64,000 bases of DNA, from the NCBI GenBank assembly GCA_030696455.1, contig JAUYSH010000110.1, positions 3,794 through 67,793 of the forward strand, read 5' to 3'. Under the pieces are notes generated by a model. That model was given only the letters and a program-made list of their open reading frames with translations. It was not told where the DNA came from and ran no database searches. This document shows, piece after piece, positions 1-8,943 of the stretch (position 1 is the first letter of the stretch; each line of letters opens with the position of its first letter). This DNA comes from Elusimicrobiota bacterium. Lineage in GTDB: Bacteria; Elusimicrobiota; Elusimicrobia; UBA1565; UBA9628. The position numbers were made by a program, and so were the translations under genes.

Positions 1-254
1 CGCTCGGAGACGAGATCGAGCTGAGCGTGGAGGACCAGGGGCCGGGAGTCTCCAAGGAGGACCAGGCGCGCCTGTTCGTGAAGTTCTACCGCGCGGGCGA
101 CGCCGTCACGCGCAAGACGCCGGGCACGGGCCTGGGGCTCGCGATCTGCAAGGGCATCGTCGAGGCGCACGGCGGGAGCATACGCATCGAGAGCGAACCG
201 GGACGCGGCGCGCGCTTCATCGCGCGCCTGCCGAAGAAAGGCCCCGCCGCCTAG
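1..254 (+). CDS. Sensor histidine kinase, C-terminal HATPase_c fragment (5' end outside window)
   Basis: DQGPG (G1), LFVKFYR (F) and GTGLGLAICKGIVEAHGG (G2) boxes; frame is open back to the window edge. Confidence 0.9.
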   Translation, partial: LGDEIELSVEDQGPGVSKEDQARLFVKFYRAGDAVTRKTPGTGLGLAICKGIVEAHGGSIRIESEPGRGARFIARLPKKGPAA

Positions 255-360
255 GCCGGGCGCAAGCGCCCGGCACAGATGTGCCGAGGAGCGCCTTGAA
301 CATCTAGGCCGGGCGCAAGCGCCCGGCACAGATGTGCCGAGGAGCGCCTTGAACATCTAG
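251..360. repeat. Two exact tandem copies of a 53-bp hairpin-rich unit bounded by CTAG
   Basis: 251-303 equals 304-356, followed by CTAG; each unit contains GCCGGGCGC-AA-GCGCCCGGC and CGGCAC-AGAT-GTGCCG. Confidence 0.95.
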
Positions 361-728
361 AGCGAGTCGGCCTCGGTCTTCTTTTCCACGCAGGATTCTT
401 CCAGGCCGCAGACTTCGCCGCTCTCCGCCAGGCCGGCCTCGGGCGGCTCGGAGCGCTTCTTCTTCGCGGGCGCCGCCTTCTTCTTGGCGCCCGGAACGAT
501 CGGCTCCCCCTTCTCGTTGAACTTGTAGGTCGACCCCGACGCGGGAGCCTGGGACTTGTACTTCGAACGCTCGTAGTCGTAGCCCTTCTTCTTCACGGGC
601 TTCTTCTGGGCCTTCTTGGCGGGCTTGATCTCCTCGGTGATGAACCCGTCCTCGGCGCGGACGAGCGCGGCCGGGGCGGCGAAGGAAAAGGAGAAGAGGG
701 CGCTGAGGAACAGTCGTCGTGATGTCAT
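357..728 (-). CDS. Lys-rich exported hypothetical protein with twin-arginine-like signal
   Basis: MTSRRLFLS then hydrophobic stretch and VRA; TATACT 6 nt upstream of ATG 728. Confidence 0.7.
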   Translation of the reverse strand: MTSRRLFLSALFSFSFAAPAALVRAEDGFITEEIKPAKKAQKKPVKKKGYDYERSKYKSQAPASGSTYKFNEKGEPIVPGAKKKAAPAKKKRSEPPEAGLAESGEVCGLEESCVEKKTEADSL

Positions 729-775
729 GTCCCTAGTATAGCCCCCCCGACCCGCTCTTTCAAGCCGCACCGAGC

Positions 776-836
776 GGACTATCCTTGAGGACCTAGCCGT
801 CCGGTTAACCGACGGCTATGTCCTTGAGGATAGTCC
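776..836. repeat. Composite palindrome (ACTATCCTTGAGGATAGT type with internal hairpin insert)
   Basis: GGACTATCCT...AGGATAGTCC arms; TCCTTGAGGA present at both 782-791 and 821-830. Confidence 0.85.
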
Positions 837-864
837 AAGGGCTTCGGCCATTGCGGGTGTGGCG

Positions 865-1824
865 TCAGCACGCGCGCTCCCCGACGAGGGTCAGCTCCTC
901 GCGGTCGTGGAAGAGATGGCGCGCGCGCAGCAAAGAGCACTTCGGGCGCAGCGCCTCGGCGCGGCTCAGCACCCGCAGCGGATCGTGGCGGCCGAACTTC
1001 AGGTTGACGACGAAGCGCCGGCACCAGCCCTTGTCGAGCCACTGCCCGAGCAGGTCCGCGATCCGGTCGGGGTCCTCGACCATGTCGCAGAAAAGCCAAT
1101 CGACCGGCGCCTCGGGGGAGAATTTAAAAGCGTCTTCGGCCTTGTGGGTGATGCCCGGGTGGAGCGCGCCGCCCTTGAGCGGCCCGTTGTCGACGGCGAC
1201 GACGAGGGCCCCGCGCTTGGCGGCGCTGAAACTCCACCCGCCGGGAGCCGCGCCCAGGTCCGCCACCGTTTCGCCCGCCTGCGGCTCGCGGCCCAACAGG
1301 CCGTAGGCCTCCTCGACCTTGAGGTAGGAGCGCGACGGCGCCTGAGGATCGTCGGCCATGCGGCGCTGGCCGCCGGCGACGGCCTCCCGGGACACGAAGG
1401 CGCGGTCGAAGCCCGGGAGGTAGGCGAAGAATCCCCGCGCGGGGCCGGCGGGCGGACGCCCGTGGACGGCGAGCTTGGCCACGCGCGACATGCGGCTCTT
1501 CACGGCGGCGTAGGCTTCCTCGGCGGCCGTCTTCGCGCGTCGGGACAGCCCGGGGTCGCCCGCGGACTCCACGCAGAACGGCCACGGGACCTCGAAGCGC
1601 TCGCCCTTCGTCGACGAGGTGAAGAAATCGGCCATGGCGCCGGCCAAGGCGTTGAGCGACTTGCCTTCGACCAGCGCCGGCGCCTTGAGGGAAAGGTGCG
1701 CGAAGCAAAGCTCTCCGGGCGCGTCGGGGCCCAGCACCCAGCCGGGGCCGGAGGACTCGACGGCGCCGCCCAGCTCCTTGATGAGAAAGGCCTCGTAGCC
1801 GGCCGCGCAGAGATGAAGGGTCAT
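865..1824 (-). CDS. rlmM: RlmM-like 23S rRNA 2'-O-ribose methyltransferase (FtsJ fold)
   Basis: APSRSYLKVEEA, DLGAAPGGWS, VDNG, WLFCDMVE, FVVNLKF; ATGA overlap at 1821-1824 defines the start. Confidence 0.8.
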   Translation of the reverse strand: MTLHLCAAGYEAFLIKELGGAVESSGPGWVLGPDAPGELCFAHLSLKAPALVEGKSLNALAGAMADFFTSSTKGERFEVPWPFCVESAGDPGLSRRAKTAAEEAYAAVKSRMSRVAKLAVHGRPPAGPARGFFAYLPGFDRAFVSREAVAGGQRRMADDPQAPSRSYLKVEEAYGLLGREPQAGETVADLGAAPGGWSFSAAKRGALVVAVDNGPLKGGALHPGITHKAEDAFKFSPEAPVDWLFCDMVEDPDRIADLLGQWLDKGWCRRFVVNLKFGRHDPLRVLSRAEALRPKCSLLRARHLFHDREELTLVGERAC

Positions 1825-2720
1825 TTGCCGGCGACCCGGCGCCAGCGGTTGATCGCGATCCGCAGCGAGGCGAGCCCGACGGTGTCGTAGGCCTCGAGCG
1901 ACTCGCGCAGGCGTTCGACCTCGCCGGTGCCCCGGAGCAGGAACGCCGCGTGGACGAGCGGGGCGGGATAGCGGCGGCCGCCCAGGACGGCGTAGGGCCC
2001 TTCCGGCGGAGCGGTCATATCGTGGAGATCTTTCGCGCGCAGCGCGAAAAGGTCCTCGAGTTCGGCCAGCCGGGCGGTCCCGCGCGGCCACGGCGTGCCC
2101 GCCTCCACGGCCCAGTAGAAGCGCTGAGGGTCTTTCTCGAGGAGGTGGAGCAGCAGCCCCGCGCGCTCGAGCGCGCCCGCGGGCAGCTTCAGCACCGGGG
2201 TTTCGGAGGGCTCCCACGCGGAGCGAGGCGGCAGGGCCGAGCGCTCGAGCGCGTCGTTGCGCGCGCCCGCCTCGCGCGCGGCCTTCGCCAGGCGCGCGCC
2301 GAACGCCTCGGGGTCCCCGGCGCCGCGCTCGACGGCGAACAGCAAGGTCGTCTGCCACGCCGCCTGCTCCGCCTCGACGACGGGGATCGGGAAGGCGAGC
2401 GCGGCGCGCGCGGAATTGAGGATCAGCAGGAGCTCGGCGTCGTTCTCGGTCGTGTCGGCGAGCCTCAGCGCGTCGAGCACGATCTCGGGACGGGCGCCGC
2501 CGCGCAGACCGATCGGATCGGGAAGACCGGAACCGCGGACCTCGCGGCGGGGTACGCGCCGCGTCGCCGCGAACAGCCGCCTCGCGGCGGGGCTCGAGGA
2601 CGCCAGCGCCTCGAGGCGCGCGAGCTCCGCGGCCATCCTCGCCGACGGCGCGGTGTCGGGAGACCGCGCGGCGACGGGAAGCGCGAGGAGAACGGCCAGG
2701 ATCACCGGAAGCGGGCGCAT
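1821..2720 (-). CDS. Exported hypothetical protein
   Basis: Sec-type signal MRPLPVILAVLLALPVAA; tightly packed in the operon. Confidence 0.7.
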   Translation of the reverse strand: MRPLPVILAVLLALPVAARSPDTAPSARMAAELARLEALASSSPAARRLFAATRRVPRREVRGSGLPDPIGLRGGARPEIVLDALRLADTTENDAELLLILNSARAALAFPIPVVEAEQAAWQTTLLFAVERGAGDPEAFGARLAKAAREAGARNDALERSALPPRSAWEPSETPVLKLPAGALERAGLLLHLLEKDPQRFYWAVEAGTPWPRGTARLAELEDLFALRAKDLHDMTAPPEGPYAVLGGRRYPAPLVHAAFLLRGTGEVERLRESLEAYDTVGLASLRIAINRWRRVAGK

Positions 2721-2721
2721 A

Positions 2722-3627
2722 TCAGCCGAACAGGTACTGCTTCATGCAGTACACGCTGCCGCCGGACTTGACGAACTCGGAGGTGTCGACCTCGACGACG
2801 TTCAGGCCCATCGCGCGCATGTGACCGGAGGCGGCGTTGGCGCCTTTCTGGATGATCGCGGTCTTCGAACGCCACACCGCCGCGTTGCACGCCAGGCGCG
2901 AGACGGCGTCGGCCTCTGAGGATGTCACGACGATGGGAAAGATCTTGAGGATCAGCTCGAGGCTCGCCGCGTCGAAGGCCGCCGGGTAGATGAGCACCGT
3001 CTCGGGTGTCAGCGGGCAGAAGCAGGTGTCGAGGTGGTAGAAGCGCTCGTTGACGAGCTTGAGCTGGATGACGGGGGTCTTGAAGGTGTCCGCCACCTGC
3101 TCGAACATCCCCGGGTCGGTGCGAAAGCCGTGGCCTCCCCAGATCAGGCGCTTGCCGGGATGCCACACCGCGTCGCCGGAGCCCTCGAAGGTCTCATGTC
3201 CTCCGGGCTTGGTACGCGCGATGCGGTAGCCGTGCTCCTCGTACCAGGCCTCGAAGGCCTCGGTCTCCTTGCGGCGCGACGAGTGCCGCATCGAGGAGAT
3301 CAGCGCGACCTTCTCGCCGTCAGGCCGCGTGCCCGCCAAGGACGAGTTCGCCGCGAAGACCATGTCCTCGAGGCCGGGGGTGGCCGGGATGACCGACACG
3401 GGGCAGCCGGCGCGCTCGAAGGCCGCCTTGAGCTCCTCCCACTGCTTGACGGCCTTGTCGCGGTTGACGTCCCCGACATGGCGCGCCATGTAGGGATTCT
3501 TCACGGAGAGGACCTGGAAGTGATCCGGCGGGCACATGAGCACGCCCGACGGCTCGGCCATCGGAGGGCAGTTCTTCAAGGAAAAGCCCTTCAAGTCCCC
3601 GATGCCGCGGTAAAGGTTGGCGCTCAT
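2722..3627 (-). CDS. Amidinotransferase-superfamily hydrolase (ArgZ/AgrE N-domain or DDAH-like)
   Basis: MCPPDHF, NPYM, DMVFAAN, FEGSGD, FYHLDTCFCPL, EFVKSGGSVYCM; ATGA overlap at 3624-3627. Confidence 0.85.
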   Translation of the reverse strand: MSANLYRGIGDLKGFSLKNCPPMAEPSGVLMCPPDHFQVLSVKNPYMARHVGDVNRDKAVKQWEELKAAFERAGCPVSVIPATPGLEDMVFAANSSLAGTRPDGEKVALISSMRHSSRRKETEAFEAWYEEHGYRIARTKPGGHETFEGSGDAVWHPGKRLIWGGHGFRTDPGMFEQVADTFKTPVIQLKLVNERFYHLDTCFCPLTPETVLIYPAAFDAASLELILKIFPIVVTSSEADAVSRLACNAAVWRSKTAIIQKGANAASGHMRAMGLNVVEVDTSEFVKSGGSVYCMKQYLFG

Positions 3628-4943
3628 GCGAAATGCTCCTGGGTGAACCGTTCGGCCAGCTCGTCGGCCCTCATCTCCGAAACGACGCCCGGCGAGCCCG
3701 CGCGGACGACGCGCACGCGGCCCGGGCCCGCCCAAGTCACGCCCCAGGCCTCCCGCTCCGACACGCCGAGGGGCTCGCTGCGGTGTACGACGGGGATCAG
3801 AATCAGCGGGCGGCGGCGGGCCACGCGTCCCGCGAGCAGCCGGAACAGGCGGCGGCGCGCGGGCGTTTCGCGCGCCATGTCGCCGGCCAACTCCGAGAGC
3901 AGAGCGGCGCGCGACGCTTCGGGGACCGACAGGCACTCGAGCATCACGCGAGCGACGGACTCGGAGGTCTCACCCGGAAGCAGGCCGGCGGCGACCGTCA
4001 TCAGCCAGGCCTCGAGAAGGCGCCAAGGACCGCGGGGCAGCGGGATATGGTCGGCGGCGGCCTTCTCGAAGCGCGCGAAGGACGGGTCGGCGCGAAGGCG
4101 CGCGAGCGCCTCCGCCGGCAGGGCGCGCAGGGGGCCCGCGGCGCGCGCGCGCCGGGCCCACTCGCGCACACCGTACAGCACGCGCCCCGTCGCCGGCACG
4201 CCGCCGGACAGGACCATGCCGATCTCGCGGCCCTCGGCCAGCGACCGGAAAAGCCGCAGGGGCATACGGTCCCATCGCGTCCCGGCCGACATCCACGGCC
4301 CCGGGTGGCCGCGCCCCAAGGCCAGGCGGTCGATGCCGAGGTGGAAGTTCCCCATGAAGCCCGCGTACAGCCCTTCCTCAAGGACGCTGATCGTGTCCAG
4401 CGCGAACGGATCGATGGCCACGACGAGGCGGGGGCGGCAAGGCCGGCCGCGGACCGCCCGTAGGACCAAGGTGGCGTGGCGCACGAGCTCGAAGTTGAGG
4501 TGCGCCAGGTCGCCCATGACGGGCGGATGCGAGATCGCCGCGAGCAGGGCGGGCTCCAGGCCTGTTTCCTTCTCAAGCTTCGCGGCCAAGGCGCGGGCGT
4601 CCGCGACGGCGGGGGACGCGGGGTCGAACGGATACGCAAGTCCCGCGGACAGGAGCAGAAACAGCTTGTTATGAAAGGAGACGGTCCAATCGGCCGGCAC
4701 GAGCTCCATGACCGCCGCGAGCATCATCCCCGCCGCACGCGTGAACGGCTCTAAGATCATCCGCTGCCATTCGAACTTCAACGGCAGGATCGTCCCTTCG
4801 GCGTCGAGGCGGATCTCGTAGGCCCTCGTCACCACCCGCATCAGGTCCTGGGCGGTGCCGGTGCGCGCGGACGGATAGGCGGGAGCCCGCCGCATTCTAA
4901 CGGCGTTTGGAGGCGGCATTTCCTCGCCGTATAGCTCGGTCAC
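3624..4943 (-). CDS. Hypothetical protein, probable divergent PlsC/LPLAT-fold acyltransferase
   Basis: SHPPVMGD, HLGIDR, LAEGREIGMVLSGG and LILIPVV occur in the order of LPLAT blocks I-IV. Confidence 0.55.
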   Translation of the reverse strand: MTELYGEEMPPPNAVRMRRAPAYPSARTGTAQDLMRVVTRAYEIRLDAEGTILPLKFEWQRMILEPFTRAAGMMLAAVMELVPADWTVSFHNKLFLLLSAGLAYPFDPASPAVADARALAAKLEKETGLEPALLAAISHPPVMGDLAHLNFELVRHATLVLRAVRGRPCRPRLVVAIDPFALDTISVLEEGLYAGFMGNFHLGIDRLALGRGHPGPWMSAGTRWDRMPLRLFRSLAEGREIGMVLSGGVPATGRVLYGVREWARRARAAGPLRALPAEALARLRADPSFARFEKAAADHIPLPRGPWRLLEAWLMTVAAGLLPGETSESVARVMLECLSVPEASRAALLSELAGDMARETPARRRLFRLLAGRVARRRPLILIPVVHRSEPLGVSEREAWGVTWAGPGRVRVVRAGSPGVVSEMRADELAERFTQEHFA

Positions 4944-4981
4944 GACGGAGATTCTACAAAAAAATATGATAGCCTCTGGAA

Positions 4982-6322
4982 ATGATCGCCATCGCTTTCT
5001 CCGCCTTAATCGCGTTTTCCGTTCCCGTTTCAGCCGCCGTGCCGGCCAAGGGCTACGTCGTGAAGACCTCGGGCACGCAGATCTGGCTCGACTTGACCGC
5101 CGCCGACGGCGCCGCCCCGGGCCGAGGCTTCGCGGTCTATGAGGAAGGCGAGGACATCAAGCACCCCGTCACCGGGGAGCAACTGGGCAAGGCCGAGCGC
5201 AAGCTCGCCGAAGGGAAGCTCGAGGAGGTCGCGGATAAGTTCTCCGTCGGCCGTCTGGGCGAGCCCGCCCCCCACGTCCAGGCCGGCGCGCGCGCGCGCC
5301 TGACCTCTCCCGCCCCCGCTCCGCCCGCCGCGCCCGCCTCCTCGCGCCTTCCCGGCGAAGCCGAGCTGCGCGGTCCCCGGACCCGCGGGGCCGCCTTCCC
5401 GTACGTCATCACCGCCATGGCCGTCGCCGATTTCGACGGGTCCGGGGCCAAGCAGGTCGTGCTTTCGGACGACAAAGCTTTCCGCCTCTATGCCTATCCC
5501 GCGGCGGAGCACAAGGTGCTCGCCCAGATCGACATCCCGGGAACCGGCGCGCGCATCCTCTCACTCGAGGCGGCCGATCTCGACGGCAACGGCAAGGCCG
5601 AGCTCTTCGTCTCGATCTACAACGAGGGCTTCCGCCGCCTCGAGACGTCGGTGTTCGCGCTCGAGGAGGGCAAGTGGGCCAAGAAGGCCGACCTGCCGCT
5701 GCTCGTGCGGGCGCACCAGAACGCCAAGGGCGAGCCGAGCCTCGCCTCCCAGCAGATCCAGGACGACAAGACCTTCCCCTTCGGCGCGGTTTACCCGCTC
5801 GTCTACAAGGACGGCAAGTACGCCCAGGGCCGACCGAAGCTCAACCCCAAGCGCGCCGACTGGCTGTACGGCTTCTCCTACGCCCAGCTCGACGCCGCCG
5901 GCGAGCCGGCCGCCCTCTACCTGACCAGCGTCAACAGCCTGCGCGCCCAGTTCGCCAAGGGCCATTGGCGCTCCAAGGAGGGCTTCGGCCAGAGCCCGAC
6001 CCGCGTGCGCTGGTACGAGAAGCTGCTCGAGTTCCATCCACCGATGCTCGCGACCTACAACGACTCGGGCTTCGACAAGCTCTACATCATCCGCAACCTT
6101 GCGATGCTCGGCGGCCTCGCCAACCCCTTCGGCCTGTTCAACGGCGGAGAGATCCACGCCAAGACCTGGACCGGGGTCGCCTTCGAGACCGCGTGGAAGG
6201 CGGACCTCGGCGGCTCCTCCCCCGGCTTCGCCCTCGTCGAGGCCGAGGCTGGCCGCAAGGAGCTCCTCGTCGCCGTCGCGGGCGCCACCGGCAAGTCGGC
6301 GGTCTGGACCTTCGACCCCTAG
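4982..6322 (+). CDS. Exported FG-GAP/VCBS-repeat protein with FlgT-C-like N-terminal domain
   Basis: Signal peptide; IKHPVTGEQLG motif; ADFDGSG and ADLDGNGKAEL repeats. Confidence 0.75.
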   Translation: MIAIAFSALIAFSVPVSAAVPAKGYVVKTSGTQIWLDLTAADGAAPGRGFAVYEEGEDIKHPVTGEQLGKAERKLAEGKLEEVADKFSVGRLGEPAPHVQAGARARLTSPAPAPPAAPASSRLPGEAELRGPRTRGAAFPYVITAMAVADFDGSGAKQVVLSDDKAFRLYAYPAAEHKVLAQIDIPGTGARILSLEAADLDGNGKAELFVSIYNEGFRRLETSVFALEEGKWAKKADLPLLVRAHQNAKGEPSLASQQIQDDKTFPFGAVYPLVYKDGKYAQGRPKLNPKRADWLYGFSYAQLDAAGEPAALYLTSVNSLRAQFAKGHWRSKEGFGQSPTRVRWYEKLLEFHPPMLATYNDSGFDKLYIIRNLAMLGGLANPFGLFNGGEIHAKTWTGVAFETAWKADLGGSSPGFALVEAEAGRKELLVAVAGATGKSAVWTFDP

Positions 6323-6718
6323 ATGATGACCGGCCGCAAGATCCTGGTCGTCGACGACGACCCCTCTATCCGCGAGATCCTCTCCCTCCAGCTGACGCGC
6401 CTCGGCTTCGAGGTCGCCACGGCGGGCGACGGCCTGGAGGCCGTGACGGCCTTCAAGGCCGGGGCCCCCGACGTGATCCTCATGGACCTCATGATGCCGC
6501 GCCTCGACGGCCTCGCGGCCTGCCAGCAGATCCGCGCCGTGGAAAAGAAGACCGGCGCCAAACGCACCCCCGTCCTCTTCCTCACCGCCCGCGACTCGAC
6601 CCACGACAAGACCAGCGCGGCGCTGTCCGGCGGCGATGAGTTCGTCGCCAAGCCGGTCAGCATTCGGGAACTCACCGAGCGACTCGAGGCGATCCTCCTC
6701 AGAAAGGGGAAGCCGTGA
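6323..6718 (+). CDS. Single-domain response regulator (REC)
   Basis: VVDDD, ILMDLMMP, FLT, KP. Confidence 0.92.
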   Translation: MMTGRKILVVDDDPSIREILSLQLTRLGFEVATAGDGLEAVTAFKAGAPDVILMDLMMPRLDGLAACQQIRAVEKKTGAKRTPVLFLTARDSTHDKTSAALSGGDEFVAKPVSIRELTERLEAILLRKGKP

Positions 6719-7680
6719 AAACCTTCGCGGTCGCGCTGGCGCTGCTGTCCGCCCCGGCGGCCGCGGCGGGCTTCGGGGACTCCTCGATGGGCCGCAAGCC
6801 CTACGGCGTCCTGCTCCTCGCGCCCGACACCGGCGGGGCGTTCAAGACCGAGCTTTCATTCATTCGCTCGCAGCTCCAAGGCGTCCCCCTCGACAGCGTC
6901 GAGACCTTCAACGACGGTACCGCGGTCCAGCGCGCCGTCGACCGGCTCAACGCCCAGCACGTCTCCAAGATCGTCGCCATCCCCCTCGACCTCGTCTCCG
7001 AGTCGGCGGGCATGGAGCACCTGCGCTATCTGTTCGGCATCCGCGAGCAGCCGGTCTCCGACCGCCCCGACGACACGCGCGCCCCGACGGCCCCGGTCAA
7101 ATCCCTCAACAAGAGCTCCATCGTCCTCCCCGGCCGCGGCCCCAAGCGCCTGAAAAGCGACGCCGAGCTCGTCCTCACCGCGACCATCGACAAGTCCCCC
7201 GCGCTGGCCGAGATTCTGGGCGAGCGCGCCGTCGCGCTGGCCCGCGACCCCGCCAAGGAGGCCGTCCTCCTCGTCGGCGTCGGCCCCCGCTCGGACAAGT
7301 CGCTCGACGCCTGGAAGACGGCCGCCTCCGCGATCGCCGAGACTGTCCGCGTCAAGGGCGGCTTCCGCGCGAGCGGCATCCTCTGGGTCCGCGACGGCAC
7401 CCGCGCCGGCCAGCAGGACAAGGACCGCGATGAGAACCGTGCCACTTTGCGCGGCCTCGTCACCGCGGGCGGCGTCGTCGCAGTGCCATTGGCCCTCGAC
7501 GGCCGCCGCGCCGGCAAGCTGCTCCAGCGCCAGCTCGGCTCCGGCGGCTACCGCTGGAACGGCAAGGGCGTCCTCGGCGACCCGCGCCTGGCCGAGTGGA
7601 TCGTCTCCATCTCCAAGGCCGCTTCCGCTCTTCCCGACGTCCGCCGATTCAAAGACAACGCTCAAGGGGGATTCCGATGA
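6715..7680 (+). CDS. Exported CbiX/SirB chelatase-like protein lacking metal-binding His residues
   Basis: Signal peptide; QRAVDRL..KIVAIPL..VS, EAVLLVGVGP, VRDG pattern of two-domain CbiX-like proteins. Confidence 0.55.
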   Translation: MKTFAVALALLSAPAAAAGFGDSSMGRKPYGVLLLAPDTGGAFKTELSFIRSQLQGVPLDSVETFNDGTAVQRAVDRLNAQHVSKIVAIPLDLVSESAGMEHLRYLFGIREQPVSDRPDDTRAPTAPVKSLNKSSIVLPGRGPKRLKSDAELVLTATIDKSPALAEILGERAVALARDPAKEAVLLVGVGPRSDKSLDAWKTAASAIAETVRVKGGFRASGILWVRDGTRAGQQDKDRDENRATLRGLVTAGGVVAVPLALDGRRAGKLLQRQLGSGGYRWNGKGVLGDPRLAEWIVSISKAASALPDVRRFKDNAQGGFR

Positions 7681-8426
7681 CCGACAAAACCACTCTCAAC
7701 ACCGAGCAGGTGAAGGTGCTCGACAAGGGCTTCGTGCGCCTCGTCGACTTCATGGGCGGCGACCAGGGCGTCGTCGACGCCGCGCGCGTTTCTTACGGCG
7801 GCGTTTCCAAAGGCCCCGAGGCCGACAAGAAGCTCATCGCCTACCTCCTCAAGCACTCCCACCTCACGCCCTTCGAGCACGCGGTCTTCAAGTTCCACGT
7901 CTCCGCCCCGATCTTCGTCGCGCGCCAGTGGTTCCGCCATCGCTTCGCCGCCTACAACGAAGTGTCGTTCCGGTACACCGAAGTCAAAGATTACTTCTAC
8001 ATGCCCGCGAAGTGGCGCGGCCAGGATAAGAAAAACAAGCAAGCGTCCTCGGCCTCCGCGGAGCTCGACCAGAAGACCCTTCACGACATGTTCGCCAAGC
8101 AGGTCGACGCCTCCCTCAACACCTATAAAAAGATGATCGAGCACGGCGTGGCCCGCGAGATGGCCCGCATGGTCCTGCCCGTCAACCTCTACACCGAGTT
8201 CTACTGGACGGTCAACGCCCGCAGCCTCATGAACTTCGTGGCCCTGCGCGCCGACGCGCACGCCCAGCTCGAGATCCAGGCCTACGGCGAGGCGCTCGCC
8301 GCCCAGTTCAAGAACCTCATGCCCTGGACGTACGAGGCGTTCCTGCGCGACGGCTGGAAGGGCGAGAACCCGATCATCGCCGCCGAGAAGGCCGCCCTGC
8401 CGGCCCTTCAGACCGCTTCTAAATAA
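7677..8426 (+). CDS. thyX: FAD-dependent thymidylate synthase
   Basis: RHR-x7-S motif (RHRFAAYNEVS), HLTPFEH, NARSLMNF..LR..HAQLEI. Confidence 0.97.
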   Translation: MTDKTTLNTEQVKVLDKGFVRLVDFMGGDQGVVDAARVSYGGVSKGPEADKKLIAYLLKHSHLTPFEHAVFKFHVSAPIFVARQWFRHRFAAYNEVSFRYTEVKDYFYMPAKWRGQDKKNKQASSASAELDQKTLHDMFAKQVDASLNTYKKMIEHGVAREMARMVLPVNLYTEFYWTVNARSLMNFVALRADAHAQLEIQAYGEALAAQFKNLMPWTYEAFLRDGWKGENPIIAAEKAALPALQTASK

Positions 8427-8430
8427 AGCG

Positions 8431-8883
8431 GTGCCGAGGTACGAAGTGGTGCTGGTCCGCCCCGACATCGCGGGCAACACCGGCCAGATCGGGCGCTCCT
8501 GCATGGCGCTCGGCTGCCGCCTGCACCTCGTCCACCCGCTCGGCTACAAGATCACCGACGCGAACCTCAAGCGCGCGGGCCTCGACTACTGGCCGAACCT
8601 CGACCTCAAGCAGCACGACAGCGTGAAGGACTGGATGATCAGCGTCGAGCCCGAGCGCGAGATGTGGCTGCTCTCGACCAAGGCCGAGAAGGACTGGGAC
8701 CCCGGCGAGGTCGCGCCCGGCGCCACCCTCGTCTTCGGCTCCGAGACGGGCGGTCTTCCCGACGAGGTCCACGCGCGCTGGCCCGGCCGCGAGCGCAGGA
8801 TTCCCATCGACCCGCGCGCCCGAAGCCTCAACCTCTCCGCCTGCGTCGCGATGACGCTCGGCAGCCTGATCTTTCGCAAGTAG
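8431..8883 (+). CDS. trmL: tRNA (cytidine/uridine-34 2'-O)-methyltransferase, SPOUT family
   Basis: PDIAGNTGQIGR, LKRAGLDYW, FGSETGGLP, RSLNLS. Confidence 0.93.
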   Translation: MPRYEVVLVRPDIAGNTGQIGRSCMALGCRLHLVHPLGYKITDANLKRAGLDYWPNLDLKQHDSVKDWMISVEPEREMWLLSTKAEKDWDPGEVAPGATLVFGSETGGLPDEVHARWPGRERRIPIDPRARSLNLSACVAMTLGSLIFRK

Positions 8884-8931
8884 CGAACTGTTTCCGGAAA
8901 CAGTTCGGAGCTCGCGCCGCGCGCGAGCTCC
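8884..8931. repeat. Perfect 24-bp palindrome CGAACTGTTTCCGGAAACAGTTCG followed by a second hairpin
   Basis: Core CTGTTTCCGGAAACAG recurs at 9483 and 14968. Confidence 0.9.
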
Positions 8932-8943
8932 CCGGCTATCCGA

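Noticed and set aside
251-360. Possible mini CRISPR array
   Set aside because: Units are directly adjacent with no spacers, and no cas genes are present
865-2358. ORF-track long versions of rlmM-like, thyX, phoH, pilT, lptE, amidinotransferase, C39 and fibre genes
   Set aside because: The N-terminal extensions overlap upstream genes; ATGA overlaps or SD sites define shorter starts
8888-8903. CTGT-N8-ACAG matches the gammaproteobacterial LexA box
   Set aside because: Copies lie after stop codons or near non-SOS genes, none was seen upstream of uvrC or nadK-recN, and full palindromy suggests a different element
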